A DNA stretch of 64,000 bases from Azolla caroliniana (GCA_043228905.1 JBHGNT010000009.1:21824001-21888000), one strand, 5' to 3'. Positions 44,101 to 58,400 are shown, counted from the stretch's first letter. Program-made: numbers and translations. The notes: generated from the letters alone by a model not told the origin.

Positions 44101-46861
44101 TGCTATATTGTTTTCACAGACATGCATAATCATTGCATGTGAACTGGGTTTCGGTGAAACTACATGATCATGCCATCATTTTGATTGTAACCATAAGTTT
44201 TGGTTGTTGTAGCACCCAACCCAAATTTCTTTTCTATGTGTGAATGTGACCCTTTATGTACATGTTTTCGGGTTACAAGATTTGGCCATAAAGATGAAAT
44301 TGGTGCCAATCTGGCCATACAGATAATGTTGGCTGCTTGGTAACAGCTTAAAGTCATCCATTGTTTTGTTTCAATCTAAAGCAAACTCATAAGCAGAAAA
44401 ATCTTATTCTTAGTGTGTAACTATTGGATATATTGTGTCCTATGGCTTTTTGTGAATGGATGAATGTACAATATTAATGAAGAAAAAATCCAGCCTTGGA
44501 AAATGTTTTCCATTGTAACTTATACTATTTACCATAAACTTTCAACATATCCAGAAGAACATGAGTTTGCATGTAATTAACTTGAGTTGTCCGTTGTAGT
44601 AAATTGCAATAGCCCATTAGGTGTTTGCAGAGATTAAAAATCTTGGAGTCTTTTGCTTGTCATATTTTGCTTATTGATAAACTAGGAAAGTTTTGATAAT
44701 ATCGTGGGTATCCTTTCACATCTTTTCCTCTCTAACATTTGTTTTAGCACTGTTACATTATACACAACCCTGTGATGTCAGTGGTTCCTTATAAGCATCG
44801 TATTTGCAGCTTTCTGGATACTTTGCCATTGGAGCAACGTTTTGAAAAACTTTTATCAAAGGTATGCTTCTCCTTTATTACTTTGTACATGATATGTATG
44901 ACACATCAGTAAAAAGTTTCTGAATTTTTTTTGGCAATACGTTCTACCCTATTTCTTCAGGGTAGGGTTCATATTTTACAGTTTGAAAGGCTCATGAAGC
45001 TGGCTCCAGCAGGTTGCAAAGAAGAGGAGGTTTTGTCTGTCCTTGATGATATGGCACATCTAGTGCAAGGTTGCTGGGTTGCAGCATCATCCCTTCGTTA
45101 CACAGGAGAAATCTGTATAGTGAGGGACTATATTCTTTCCTTATTTACAAAGAGCCGAGTCATCCGCCACGATCATTTAGAAGAGCTTCAGGTACCCAAA
45201 GAAATCATTCGAGACGTGTTACTGCCTCTGGCAGTACAGAGACCTACAGAAGGTGGTTGGGAATTTCAAGAAAGCACTGATACATCCTTTCTGAAACGTC
45301 ATCAAGCAGTTGCAAAAGAACAGATGCAGAGATGGACAGAAAATGAAGAACAAATTAAGTTTGCAGCCATTGGTCTTAGAATGGGAGCATCAAGCAGCAA
45401 GAACTCATCTCTTAGTCAGCATACTTCTGGGATGCTACATTCTGGCGATAAGATTGTCAATGCCATTCAGAGTGGCCTTGGACGCAACAAAACATCTACT
45501 TTCTCTGGGGAATGGACAATGTCAGAAGAGACAAGGGCTGCTCTACCGGGAGCATTACGTGAGATATTTGCAAGACACAATGTCTGCAGGTATAAACCTA
45601 AGGAGAAAACTGCAAAATGCCTTCTGTTTTTTCTTTATTCTCTCAAAATGCCTCTTAAGGTATCTGTATTATCCCAGATGCCTGTGGTTAAACCCCTTGT
45701 GAGAAATTATATGTGCTATTGGAGCAATTAAAATGGTCATTTCATCACGCTTTCCCCTCTTTTAAAGGAAATAATGAAGAGTTGGGAAGTGTAATAGGAG
45801 TTCCCCAAACTTAACTTGTTTTTATTCAGCTGGAAGCATAGGATGAATGTATCTTGATTATTTTGTGCATTACTAGTTTGCAGCTCATATGCCAAAGTTT
45901 ACGTGAATTAGCAATCACAAAGGCTGCTGCACCTAATGCAAATCCAAAAGTTGTGGGAGCTGCAGTAGCAGCAGCTAAGGGTGCTAGTGCTCCTTTACCG
46001 GAATTGACAGCTGCAATAAATCAAGTTGCATCGAATATAGATGGAGTTTATTTCTTGACCAAATTGGGCAATCCTAGTCTTGATCCATTCAGGCACAATT
46101 TTTTTAAATTCATTTGAACTCATTAAGCAGTGTAAATACCTTTGAAGTCTTGCTTCTTATAGTTCTCCTGATTGCAGGGATGTTGTTATTGCTTTATTAC
46201 GTGCCAAGGGGGCTACCACTGGACTTAAAAGAGTGGATATTGTGGAAGCATCAAAGATAGCTCTTAAAACTGAAGTTCAGGCCAATATCTATCAGAAGGT
46301 AAAATATTTTCCCCGTGTCTTATTGACTTAATTTGCTAAAACATCATAAGTGTCTCAATGTATAACTAAGACTTACGTATTAGATATCAGATACAATTAC
46401 TTCAGTACCAAGTGAGCAGGAGAATACAAAGCTTGTGAGACATGGCGAAATTCCTATGCCAAAAAATATGAAATTCAATGCTGTCATTAGAAAGTCCGAC
46501 AAACTGTAATGGAAAAAGCAGTTAGGAACCAATTCAATGATCTCAAACGGAAAACAAAGCACATGAAAGCTATCTAAAATCTTATATGAAATTGCCAAAT
46601 ATAATGTTCTCACTGACAAATAATGAAGCAAGCTAGTGAGACTTGACGTCTTCTGATAATAGAATATCAAATACAATGCTCTCATAGGATTTTGACAAAT
46701 ATACACATGATGCTCTAATATTAAGTGCCTACATGAATAATTATTGTTTATTATATCTTGACAAAATTTCATCTTATTCGTTTTGGAAGGTTTTGAAAGA
46801 GCTGTGCTATACGAAAGGTGGTGCATGGGTATTGAAACCAGGAGATGGTCGGCCGGCCTAA
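41108..46861 (+). CDS. RPC5: DNA-directed RNA polymerase III subunit RPC5 (Sin-like protein), about 13 coding exons
   Basis: Exons 41108-41638, 42049-42117, 42188-42295, 42383-42448, 43051-43230, 43559-43645, 43728-43834, 43920-44018, 44810-44861, 44961-45589, 45877-46092, 46178-46298, 46790-46861. Sin_N motifs VVREIDVY, LYLLQYPLRP, YAVGLLRGN.LH..PVDAILQMRPS, LVQGCWV; ends VLKELC...AWVLKPGDGRPA*. Confidence 0.92.
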
Positions 46862-49800
46862 GCGCAACACCAACCTTTAGCATGACCAGTGATAAATGCA
46901 TTTGTCAGGGGAAAATGAAAAGCTCCAGAGATGCTGATACGACATACGCATGATTTGAGAATTGTTTACATGATGCACTTGTGAAGTTTGTTGAGGAAAG
47001 AACTCAATCATATACACAAATAAGTATCAGGGAAAGCTTAAAATTGTCCACAAATTGACAAATTCAAATAAACGTTCAGGTAATTGGTTGCTATAGCTCA
47101 AGGCAAAGCACAAGGAAGACCTTCAAGATTGCCATTTTGATGATTCGGCCAAGTTATACAAAAAGAATCCCTTAATTTGTAATCCATGATACGGTATCCA
47201 TACAGTATAATGTGATTATCTGATCTGTCTCTTTCTCTTGATCTAGTTCAAATAACAAGCTACTTTTGCACTGCATGAGTAGCATAAAAAATTCAAAGGT
47301 GAAGAAAATTACCATGTACATAATGCCCATTATATGATGGGCATTAACAAAATATTGTCCAAATTTTTGATTTTGGGATAATATAATCACCATTTTTTTC
47401 CACAAAGCTAATTAACAAGAGGTGCTAAAATTGTGCTATTTGGTAATTTATTTAGTTGCGGCAAGAAGAGGCAATGCTTTAATTATCAATTAATTATGTT
47501 TATTTGGTATTAATTAGCTTTCCAAGAAAGGAATGGTGATTTGATCAAATTATGAGAACAAATTGGATTATCTTTTTTGTAAATTCTTAAGAGTGATAGT
47601 AGCATAAGGTATTGCCAAGTTGTAAGGTGAGTTCAAATTGCTCAAGGAAGTCTCAAAGATCTATAGGTCTTGGGGTATGGATAGCTAGGACGAGTTGACC
47701 TTGTGTGTCAAGCACACATACAATAGTTTCGAGATGGTTGATCTCCTTGGGAGTTTCCCCTCAATAAGGTGAATTGGTAGTTGATAGCACGTGCTAACAA
47801 TGGTACCGTGATGGGTAACCTCTTGGGAATTTTGTCTCATCAACAAATAGTATATTGGTATATTTCTTTTGTGGTAACCTCATGGGAATTTCGCTTCAAC
47901 AAATTATAGATTGGTAAATTTCCTTTGTGTTTGGATAAGTTTGTCCCCCCAACACACACACACTTGGCAATATTATTTACTTTGTGTATTCTTGAGGCTT
48001 GTATTCTAGAACTACCGTTGGTAGATGCACCCTGGAAAGAGTTGTTGTTCAGTAAACACAAATACAAAACATCAACCATGATACACACTACTGATGTCTA
48101 TTAGTAATATTTTTAAAAAACATATCCTTCCATTAGTTTAAAAAAACCATATCAGCTACAAAATACAAAATGATGGAAAGGAGATGTCTATTAATATTAT
48201 TGCCTTTGTAAGCGACAAATTGTTATTGTAATCGAAAGGAATTTTGAAGCTTCCGAATTTCTTACATTTATTTATTGGTCATTCAAATTATGTGCTAGTT
48301 AATAATCAAATTGGGCTATAGCTCATTTGAATATGTAAATACCCTCAGTATACGCGCTGGTTGGAAAAGATCATATAAGAATGTCGAGATGCTTAATCAA
48401 ATGTTTGTAGAAGATCACACTAGGATATGTGTTTGTTTGAATTGTGTATAATCACATTTGAATAGATGGCACTTGAATTCATTCTCTTGAATTTGTCAAT
48501 TGATCACATTGATCTCATATCAATTGTCAATGTTTATTGAGATCATTCATAACGTTTGACGCTATCCCCATGCAATTTCCGTTTCCAATGATTGATGTGG
48601 GTGTGGTATGTGGCAGAGTAGACTTGTTGTCATGTTTTAGATGATTGTGCTCTGGATAATATGAAAGCTATCGGTAAACCAACAAGAGAAACCATGTGTA
48701 GGAGAGAAAGTAGCAATGTTAAATTTAGTGGATTCCAACAAATTCGAGAATATACATATAATTACAACGTAAAATCAGCATAATGTGTATAGATTTTTAG
48801 AGTCACCACATGAAGGGATACAACCAGAATGAAAACTAGCACATGGCTATCACAAGCAAGTTGAAGAGCGAACCAATTGATAGTACACAATAGTAATGTA
48901 GGGACACAAGTAGAAGTGCAAGTGTTTTCCTGTCCATTGGTTGCACTAACATACATTTCATGGTGGATAGGAGGAAGGAAACTCACTATTTGTATCAAGT
49001 TGTGAATGATCATGATGTCTATCACGAGTCTCTTGTTCCTATAAAGGCACCCAAATCCACACTATCCCCAAATGAGAAAATTTTCTTATCGCTCGGAATC
49101 TCTCTAAAGATCCCCGTTTGACCATAATCACAATCATTGGGACACCTTAGTTGTTGACTTGTAAGTAAGATGAGCATAGTTTTTCCATTCTCAAGTGATG
49201 TTTTCAAGAGTTCCTCTTCCAATGATGTGCATAGATGGCTTCTAGTGTCTCATTTCATTATCATCGTTATTGTCTCCCATTGTCATCAAATTCATCACCA
49301 TCATCATTGTATTTCATTGTCCTCATACCAAATTTCCTTTCAAGTACATATGTTTATGAATTAACCTCCTATATTTCAAATGCATTCTTTGCAATAAACT
49401 GAGTTTCCACCTTTGAATTAGTGTCATTGATATATCTCAAAGGTTGTGAGTTGGAACCAAGCATATGTTGTCGTAATTTTGTTTCTTTGGCCATAGTTAT
49501 AGTTAAAAGAATCATTGACTTTAATGTTTTCCTTCACTCCCTTTCCACTATGAGGATACAAGAGATTTGATTATGTGTCATGCCCATGATATCAACATAT
49601 ATAGTCTAGCCAGATCCAAACATAAATATCCACTTGGCCCTTGTGACATTTTTTTCTCATTGTTTCATCCTATTTGTTCATTCATATCCTACTCCCACAC
49701 TACTTGTTATTAGTAAGCAAAAAAGCAAATGAAGATTATTGTATAATAATCCATGCTTAAGACCGAGAAATTACTTCGAATATTCACGTTATCATTCGTT

Positions 49801-51100
49801 TTGTTAGTAAGACGGTCACATTCTAATGAAGCGGTTTTCATCATTTGGAATTGTTAAATGTGTCTTAACTTGGTTTTGTATCATCGTTGTTATAAACTTA
49901 GCCGAAGACCTATCATAAACTTGTCACTCTTGCAAGATTAGTTATCATCATGCTCAAGGTTTCTCAAGTTTCTTGCATTTATTCCAACCCAATGAGTATC
50001 AGGAAGTTTTGTGAAGGGTATTTCTATCATGTCATATAATGGTTCCCTCTTATCTAATAAAACTTGGTCCCCAAACATTTGAAAAAGTATTGGAATTTCG
50101 GGATCACCAATAAAAAAGAAACATCTTGCCAATGATAGGATATATTTGTTAAACATTGATGATGAAAGGTTGACACCTTCAAAACCCACAATGAATAACA
50201 ATATAAGATATTACCCATAACAATGTCCTTGATCATTTACGGGAAAGGTTTTGTGCAAGTGTTTGCCTAAAGAAGCTCAAGTGGTAGAGCTTCAAATGGA
50301 TAAGGGCCAACAATGTTTGTAGCTTGGGTGAGAAAGCTTGATATGGATATGGGTCCTCACTCTGTAATCATAGAGGAATGTATTCAAGTGTTTTGATTTG
50401 CGAAAACATCCATCTCGATGCTACAACAAAAAACTCACGGGAACTTTCGCATGCATGTCCATCGCCTCCGTGATCCAGTTACTCAATGGAATTGAGGTAA
50501 CAATCATTTATGGTTGATCAAGGTTATAAAGCCCAAAGCTTGAGCATTGGATGGTCATGAGAAGGAATGTATATACATCTATTTGATCAATATAAATCAT
50601 TGGCAACAGAGTAGGAACAATCTGAATCACATTACATTGAGGAAGGCCATAATTGCTGCATATTATTATTGTTGAGCTTTCATACAATTGTTAACAGTTA
50701 CATCATCCTTTGGGAGAAACCTGTTTACAGACCTGAAGGTTCTCTTCTTTGCAAAATTCATGTACAGTTTTTATTTATTGAATTTTTACATGATACTAAT
50801 ATAAATCGACTCCAAATGTGGAGACCTCGCCCCTTCCCCTCCCCCTCCCCCTCCTTTCCTTTCTTTTCAAGAGAAAAGTTACAACATTGTTAAATCAAGT
50901 GGTTTCTGATAGCCCCATCACTAAAAATGAGTTGTTTTCCAGTTCAGTCACTACATTTTAATGGTTTCCCATGGACACATCACTACATTTAGTTGTTTTC
51001 CATAGAACCATTTTCCATATGGTTACATACTTGAAATTTTACATCTAAGGAAACGTTATTTCAAAGGTACTTTTTGTTTTTGTTTTTGTTTCTTTTTGTT

Positions 51101-53578
51101 TTATAAGGAATTCACAGATTCTTGTAATGCTTCTTTGATAATCCTTCTGAGTATTTTCTGTATTCTCATCTCACATCCTCTGGCAATGATGTCTTCCAAC
51201 ATCTTCCAAGCTTCATCAATCTTACCATGCTTACAAAGACCACCAATCAAGGTTGTATATGTGGCAAGTGTGGATTTGAATCCTTTTTCCTTCATCGCTG
51301 AGAGGGTAGACACCGCGAGTTCAATTTTCCCAATAGCAAAATAAGCATCCATTAGCAACGTGTAAGTGACCACATCAGGATCGTGCCCATGAGCTTTCAT
51401 GTTCTCAATGACTTCTAAAGCTTGCTCTACATGTCCACCTTTACACAAACCCTTGACAAAAGTATTGTAAGTAATCATATTCGGGATAAAACCAGTTTTT
51501 TGCATCTTTTGATATGTGGATATGGCTTCTTCTTTCCTTCCAGCACTGAAAAGGGCATCGATCAATGTGTTATAGATATGGTTATTGGGCCTATATCCTT
51601 TCATTACCATTTCTTTAACAAGGTTCAAAGCTTCTTCTGGCATCCCTTTCTTGCAAAGCCAATTTATGACTGTTGAGTATGTTATCACACTAGGGTTATT
51701 TCCCTTTTCCAACATCTTCTTGATAGTGGTAAGGGCGCCTTCTACATTGCCAGCCTTGAAAAGACCATCAATTAAGGTTGTATACGTGATCGTATTTGGT
51801 CTATAACCGTCCATATTCATCTCTTCCAACACTGATAATGCTTCATTTACATGCCCAATTTTGCATAACCCATTAAACAATGTATTATATGTTACAACAT
51901 TAACACCATGTTTGGACTTCATCCTTTGAAAGACTTGTATCCCCATCTCGGCCCTTCCCATCTTGAAAAGGCTATCCATCAGCTTGTTTTGCATTGTAGT
52001 GTGAGGATTGATACCTTTCCCGATCATTTCATCTAAGATTTCCATGGCATTGACTACCCTTCCTTCCTTTACCAAGCCATTGATAAGTGTGCTGTAAGTG
52101 ATATCATCAGGATTACACCCTTGTTCTTTCATCTTAGAAAAAACTGACATTGCTCGGTCTCCTCTACCAGCCTTGAAGATACCATCTACTAATCCGTTGT
52201 ATGTTCTAATGTCTACACATGACTCTTCTTGAGTTATGATATCACTCAAAAGCTGCAATGCTTCATCAATTTTTCCCTCTCTACATAACCAGCTGATTAA
52301 GATGTTGTGAGTTACAACATCGGGTGAGGTTCCGGTTTCCTTCATAGCTTTATAAACTGAGACAGCTGTTGTGGCTTTACCTTGCCTTAAAAGACCATGA
52401 ATCACGGTGTTATAAACCTTTCTCCCCGGATCACATCCGGACAATATCATCACCTCTAAGAAAGCAGCGGCTTTCTCGGATTTCTTCATCCTTACAAAGC
52501 CATATATAAGCAGCCTATATGTGACGATGTTAGGATCACATCCCATTCTTAACATATCTTCAAGAGTTTCTAGTGCCTTCGCTTCATCATCTACTTTAAG
52601 GAAACCATCTATCAAAGCATGGAAAATGTATCTATTTGGTGCACAATCTCGACTTGTCATATCATCAAGAAGAGCTCGACCTCTGTTCAATTCTCCACTT
52701 CTACATAGGGCTACAATAAGGACAGCATAGTTCATGCTATCAGGGAAGAATCCATTACTACGCATTTGATCAAAAACCACAGTAGCTTCATTAACCCGAC
52801 TAGCCGAGATAAGAACGCTTATATACTCTTTATATGTGCTACATGTGGGTTTACAGTTATATTCATTTTTCATGGATTGAAATGCATAGATAGCCTCTTC
52901 AACCATGCCAGAGGAGCCATAGCATCTTATGAGAACATTGAAAGGTGTATCTGTGATGGCTAATCCCAACCTTTTCATTCTATCCACGAAATTCCATATG
53001 ATTTCTCCTTCTTGTGATCTTCCAAGGATACTGATGAGACAATGGAATGTGCTTAAATCATGAGTAAAATGAGGTACCTTATCTGCCCACTCGAAAACCT
53101 GGAGAGCAAGATCAGCATTTGCTGTCATTCTTAGAATTTCACAGAAAAGCTTCGGTTGGAGAAGAGATGCGATGGAAGAGAGGGATTCTTCTAGAACAGG
53201 GTTCCATCTTGCATCTTCTTCTGAGAGCATGGATTGTATCATTTTTGCTTTGTTATTAGGCAAGAGGATCAAATTACTGTCTTTCTGATTATGATTATTA
53301 ATCTCCAGATCTTTAAAAGAAGGAAAGAATAAAGCATTTTCCTCTTCACCTTCCTCTTCTTCTTGTTCTTCTTCATGTTGCAGATAGTGTTGTTGTTGGA
53401 GGTATGATCTGCAACACAGAGCACGCCTGCTATTTGGGAAGAAGACTGATGAATTACATCGAAGAAAACGAGTGGTGAATATGCTATTGAGATTGTTGCA
53501 GAACAGAGGAGAACAGGAAGAAGAAGAAGAAGAAGAATGAGGGCGGTTCCATAGCCGTGAAGTAGCTGGCAGATACAT
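51101..53578 (-). CDS. P-class pentatricopeptide repeat protein, intronless, 825 aa, probable organellar transit peptide
   Basis: Long run of 35-aa repeats (PDVVTYTLL, PNTITYTTLIDGL and similar); Ser/Arg-rich N-terminus; no E or DYW domain visible. Confidence 0.96.
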   Translation of the reverse strand: MYLPATSRLWNRPHSSSSSSSCSPLFCNNLNSIFTTRFLRCNSSVFFPNSRRALCCRSYLQQQHYLQHEEEQEEEEGEEENALFFPSFKDLEINNHNQKDSNLILLPNNKAKMIQSMLSEEDARWNPVLEESLSSIASLLQPKLFCEILRMTANADLALQVFEWADKVPHFTHDLSTFHCLISILGRSQEGEIIWNFVDRMKRLGLAITDTPFNVLIRCYGSSGMVEEAIYAFQSMKNEYNCKPTCSTYKEYISVLISASRVNEATVVFDQMRSNGFFPDSMNYAVLIVALCRSGELNRGRALLDDMTSRDCAPNRYIFHALIDGFLKVDDEAKALETLEDMLRMGCDPNIVTYRLLIYGFVRMKKSEKAAAFLEVMILSGCDPGRKVYNTVIHGLLRQGKATTAVSVYKAMKETGTSPDVVTHNILISWLCREGKIDEALQLLSDIITQEESCVDIRTYNGLVDGIFKAGRGDRAMSVFSKMKEQGCNPDDITYSTLINGLVKEGRVVNAMEILDEMIGKGINPHTTMQNKLMDSLFKMGRAEMGIQVFQRMKSKHGVNVVTYNTLFNGLCKIGHVNEALSVLEEMNMDGYRPNTITYTTLIDGLFKAGNVEGALTTIKKMLEKGNNPSVITYSTVINWLCKKGMPEEALNLVKEMVMKGYRPNNHIYNTLIDALFSAGRKEEAISTYQKMQKTGFIPNMITYNTFVKGLCKGGHVEQALEVIENMKAHGHDPDVVTYTLLMDAYFAIGKIELAVSTLSAMKEKGFKSTLATYTTLIGGLCKHGKIDEAWKMLEDIIARGCEMRIQKILRRIIKEALQESVNSL

Positions 53579-54281
53579 ACTTGGCCAGCACTCAGAGTTC
53601 CATCTCTATCTCCATTTCTCTCTCTCTCACTCTCACTCTCCCACTCTCCCACTCTCTCTCTCTAATCCACAGAGACTGTGTATGGATAAGCAAGCAGATT
53701 TTCTGGATGTACACATGGGCCCACCTTACCTGAGATCCCAGACGCCCATCTCTTATCACAAAATATGTGCATACTGTAGCCTGTTTTGTGAGATACGAAA
53801 GATGGTAGAGATATTTCTTCTAAATATCAGCATGTAACCCCTCTTTTATTATCCGAAATGCCCCCATCAAAACTTTGTCTTTAATCAATGGATCTTCTTA
53901 TGTGCTCCCCAAACAAGATTTCATAATTTACTCCTCATCATTAGGGCTTTGATTATTACACAATTCTCTTCATCCTGTAATCACATGTCGATTCCTTATT
54001 AAGTTACCCACGTGATGTGTTTTATTGAAGTCACAATTCATTTGTCAGATCTTTAATCTGACACAGCCTCAACAAGAGAAGTGGGGTCATTGCGAAAGTT
54101 TCCAAACATTTCAACTAAAGCAGATATGTGCAATGCTGCAAAGGTTCTTACCTAGTCACATGTGGAAGGCCAGTAAACTTAAGCTAAAACTAATTGATAA
54201 CAAAAAGAAACATTATGTTCAAGTATTTGTAACTTTGCTTCATTCAGTTTCAATAGCATAAACTTATTTACAGCATCCAAT

Positions 54282-54858
54282 CATAGTTCTAGCCATACGT
54301 CTCATTCGTGTCATACTCAAACGCCAATATTCGTATCATACTCATACGTGAAAAGGCTCCAAGTATGATTGAAATCCATACGCGGTACATAGATATATTA
54401 TATATACATATGGTGTATATGGTGTACATAGTGTGTGTGTGTGTGTGAGGGGGAGAGAGAGAGAGAGAGAGAGAGCGTGTGTGGTCTAGAGAGAGAAGCC
54501 CTGTTTTGCATGTGTGAGGAGACAGTGATTGAGTGTATATCTAGACTCTAGAGAGAGAGAGAGAGAGAGGAGCTATGGGTTTTGTCTGTGTGAGGGAGTA
54601 TGTAATATGTATATTAGATATCTAGATTTTGTAGAGAGAGAAAATCTGTCAGTTCTCGTGTGAGAGAGAGAGAGAGTGTGTGTATGTGTGTCAGATATCA
54701 CTTCTATTCACAAAATATTATGAATATCAAAAATTAAAAAAACCAAAAAAAAGTCAAAAAAAAAAAAAACCAAACGAATATCGCGTATCATACGCATACG
54801 TTTGCAAACGTTCGCGTACGTCCAGTAAATTGGACGTACGCGAATATTAGGAACTATG
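54282..54858. mobile_element. hAT-family MITE with 8-bp TSD
   Basis: TIR catagttc(c)ta...taggaactatg; TSD catccaat at 54274-54281 and 54859-54866; CGTA/TACG subterminal repeats; internal (GA)/(GT) microsatellites. Confidence 0.9.
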
Positions 54859-55456
54859 CATCCAATAGGACGTGAAATCTTGTCAAAATAATTCTTCATA
54901 AAATGTTACCCCAGGTTAACTGAAGAAAGGGATAAAAAAAGCAACATGAATCCCCAAATAGAAAATGCAATGCCCCATTCAGGGAATCAGCTACAATACA
55001 TTAATCACACAAAATGCTATTTTGATTCACTTTCACCAACTTTAACAAAAGTGTCAACTTGATTTTTTACAAAGCTGATCTAATATCAAGTTCGAATATT
55101 CCAAAGGAATCTTGCTTCCCCTCGAGCATAACTTCTTTGCATAATATCAGCCTTCCAAAGGTGTTTAAAACAGCAAATACAGAATAACTTCTAGAGTACA
55201 AGCATTTTGGATGCGTGATTTTACATCAATGAAGTACTGGAAACCTTTTCATACAACACCATGGGTGTAATTTTGTAATTGCTGCATAACTGAGGGCATT
55301 TTTTGAGCCCCCCTATGACTAGTTAAATGGAAAAAGTGGTATGTTTGAATTTTCAATGAATTACAGAGAGAACTGCCTATTTATAATAAACTCAGCATTT
55401 CTATACATGAAACCATCCTTAATGGATGCCACCAAGCCAAAAAACAAATCCAGGTT

Positions 55457-58400
55457 TCAAAACAGATTACGAAGCTGTTGGTTTTCCCTCCTGAGAGCCT
55501 GAATTTCATCTATCATTTCTGCCTGTTTTGCTTGAAAACCATCCATCATACCCACCATTTCTGTCTGCAAGATACAAATACAAATCCATTGATATTAGAA
55601 CAGTTAAATCTTCAGCTGAGATACATTTGTCTCCTTGTCAGACATTTGGGCATCGATTTCAGAAACTAAAAAAACCTGTAGGATGTGGAATTGTCGTAAG
55701 AGCTCCAAATGAAGATTCTGCACATCATCGTGTATTGCCTTCTGAACAGCCCCAAGACTCTCTTCCAGGGTGCGTTGCACCAATTGAAGAGCAAAGGAAG
55801 GCGGTCCTTGATGTGTGTTGTCTTGTTGAGTTCTGGATGCAAGAAGATTCGCATTACCCTGTAATCAAGTTATGTCAAGAAGTTCATAGGAAGTTAACAT
55901 TCAGGAATCCGAAGAAAAGCATGGGAGGCAAATTTAACAACTTCAAGTAAGCAATCAAGGTACATACATTTAAAGAACCTGATGCCATTGGTGTTAGCAT
56001 TCCTCCATCAGACCTTAATCCATGACCATTTTCCCCTTCCTTCCTCCCGTCCAATATCCGCTCCGCTACATTGTGATCATCAACATTTTCAGAGCTTATC
56101 TTCTTCTGCCTTGGAGAGCCTCCACTCGATATCGGTGTTTCAATACTACTTGAAAGGATATTACGAGACATATGATGAGACTTATCAGAGTATGACATTA
56201 ACTTTCGGCTTGGCGCTGTTACTGTTGACTCAGACATATTGTCCAGGCTCATACTCGCACTACCTGTATTAAATATTCCTTTCATCATTCACTCATGAAT
56301 CAAAACATTTCTTCAACTTCCAATATGAATGCAAAAGTTCTACCTCCAAGATTTAATCCATCGGAAGCCAGACTAGAGAACGTATCACCTGGACTTGACA
56401 AGGATGCACGAGTAGATAGACCATTGGATGTTGAAACTAAACTACGTGAAGCAAATCTTGACACTGTATGGGTTCGAACAGTTACTTTCTCAGCGACATC
56501 ACCACCTCCCCATGCCTCAGGTGGTGTAACGGATGGAGACCTATCTCCCTTCGGAGACTTGAGAGAAACAGGAGTACTTATCAATGGCGGTATCGGAAAG
56601 GGCTCTGCCTGCATATCCTCCTGACAAATGTTTTAAACATGTCACTACTGCATTTCTGTATATTGTTCAAATGCTACAAAGAGACAGTGTGAACATAATC
56701 ATCTTTCAAGCTTTCAAACCTGGAAAGACGCACTTGCAGGTGATTGACTATCATCCTTAAGCTCATCTATGGATGGAAACCGTCGAATGCCACCAGGTGG
56801 AGCCGCTCCCCATGCCATCTTACGATCTCCACCAAAATCTTTTCTCAAATCATCATTTGAGTTCCAAAAGTTGGAAACGGAAGGGGTTATGGGTTGAACA
56901 TCCACCAGTGGAGAGAAAACCTCCATGTCATCCTTAATAATGTAGGAGTTCCGAGGCGTCTGCAGTCGGGAGAAGGTGGCTTTACCTAATGGTTGGTTGA
57001 CAGAAGAAGACAAGAAACTGGTTTCCTCACTACTGGAGTTGGATCCTAAAGTTCCAGACCCAATGGAAGAATTCATCCCTGCTGATGCAGAATTATCTGA
57101 TGCTGAGCGACCTGATGGCTTGACTGGAAAAGATGAGAGGGCAGTGCGACCGGAAGCACTTGTTGATGGTGGCAGAGGATCTGGCATAAGAACAGAATCT
57201 TCGCCTGTAACGCCCAAAAGAGCCACTTCCAAACTGCAACTTGCTTCATTCACAGATATGGGATTGGATCGTTGCCAGCAAAGACTTGTGACTGCCTGAT
57301 ACATATCCAATCATGCAATGATTAAAACAACTCTACAGCAGGCATGCGTACATATACCTGCAAAGGACTTTAAACTTACATTTTCAAACATTTTGACTTC
57401 CCATGTGAGCTGAATACAGGAACTCCATAATTCAAACACAAAATACAAACTTCCAGGTTCTCTGGCCATTCTAGCTACACAGAAGAAGTGTGGCAAGTAT
57501 GGAGAAGGACCAATATGTATTTCCCACTTTTATCGACACTAGGTTCACAATCAGGCTTGCATTATTTGATGCTTCATACATAACTGTAGCTGTTCTATCT
57601 ATACAGGAAAAAAACTAAGGAAAAAGATAATGTGCATTTTCCAGTTCTCTCGATGCTCTTAATGCCTATCTCAACATGAGGTCCACTAGAAACAATGGGA
57701 AACATTGTATAATTTAATGCTACATGCTTCCTGTACTTTACTCTAAAGCATTTAAAACTTCTATGATACAACATTTCACATAATGAACATAAATGTGCTT
57801 ACTATCAATAGACATTATCATGCTCTTCATTTCCAGAAAGGTGTAAATTATGCTATCCTTGACTCAGTAATTTCTAATCTTTAACACCCATCTACACATC
57901 ACATTATGGTTACTCTCAAAAGGACTTAAGTTTATTCACATTGCACATGCACTTTGAGATATGTTTCTTGGTATGATTGCCAGAGCCTACTTATTTTATG
58001 CTCCTTGCTAATCCAGTTCAACATGAAAACTACAGTTTTTATTTGACAAAATCATAATTGATAAAAAATAAATGACAGTTTAGTTCCTAGATTTACCTCA
58101 GATGAACCATAGGCACGAAGAATTGTAAAAGGCTGAGGCTTTCCACGAACATCATAGAAGACAACACGACCACTGTTTGTTCCAGCAGCTAAAACTAGTC
58201 CATCATCTTTGAAGGCTAAAGAAGAAAATGGTGCCTCAGATGGGATACAATGTACAGGTTTTCTCATTCCAGGGTCAAATGTGTACAGTTTTTTGTCTAA
58301 GCCAACACTGATAATCATCTGCAACTCAATATACATCAGTTTAACTACGTCCAATTACATTCCAACCTTTTACTTAATATACATCAATTTCTATTGTATT

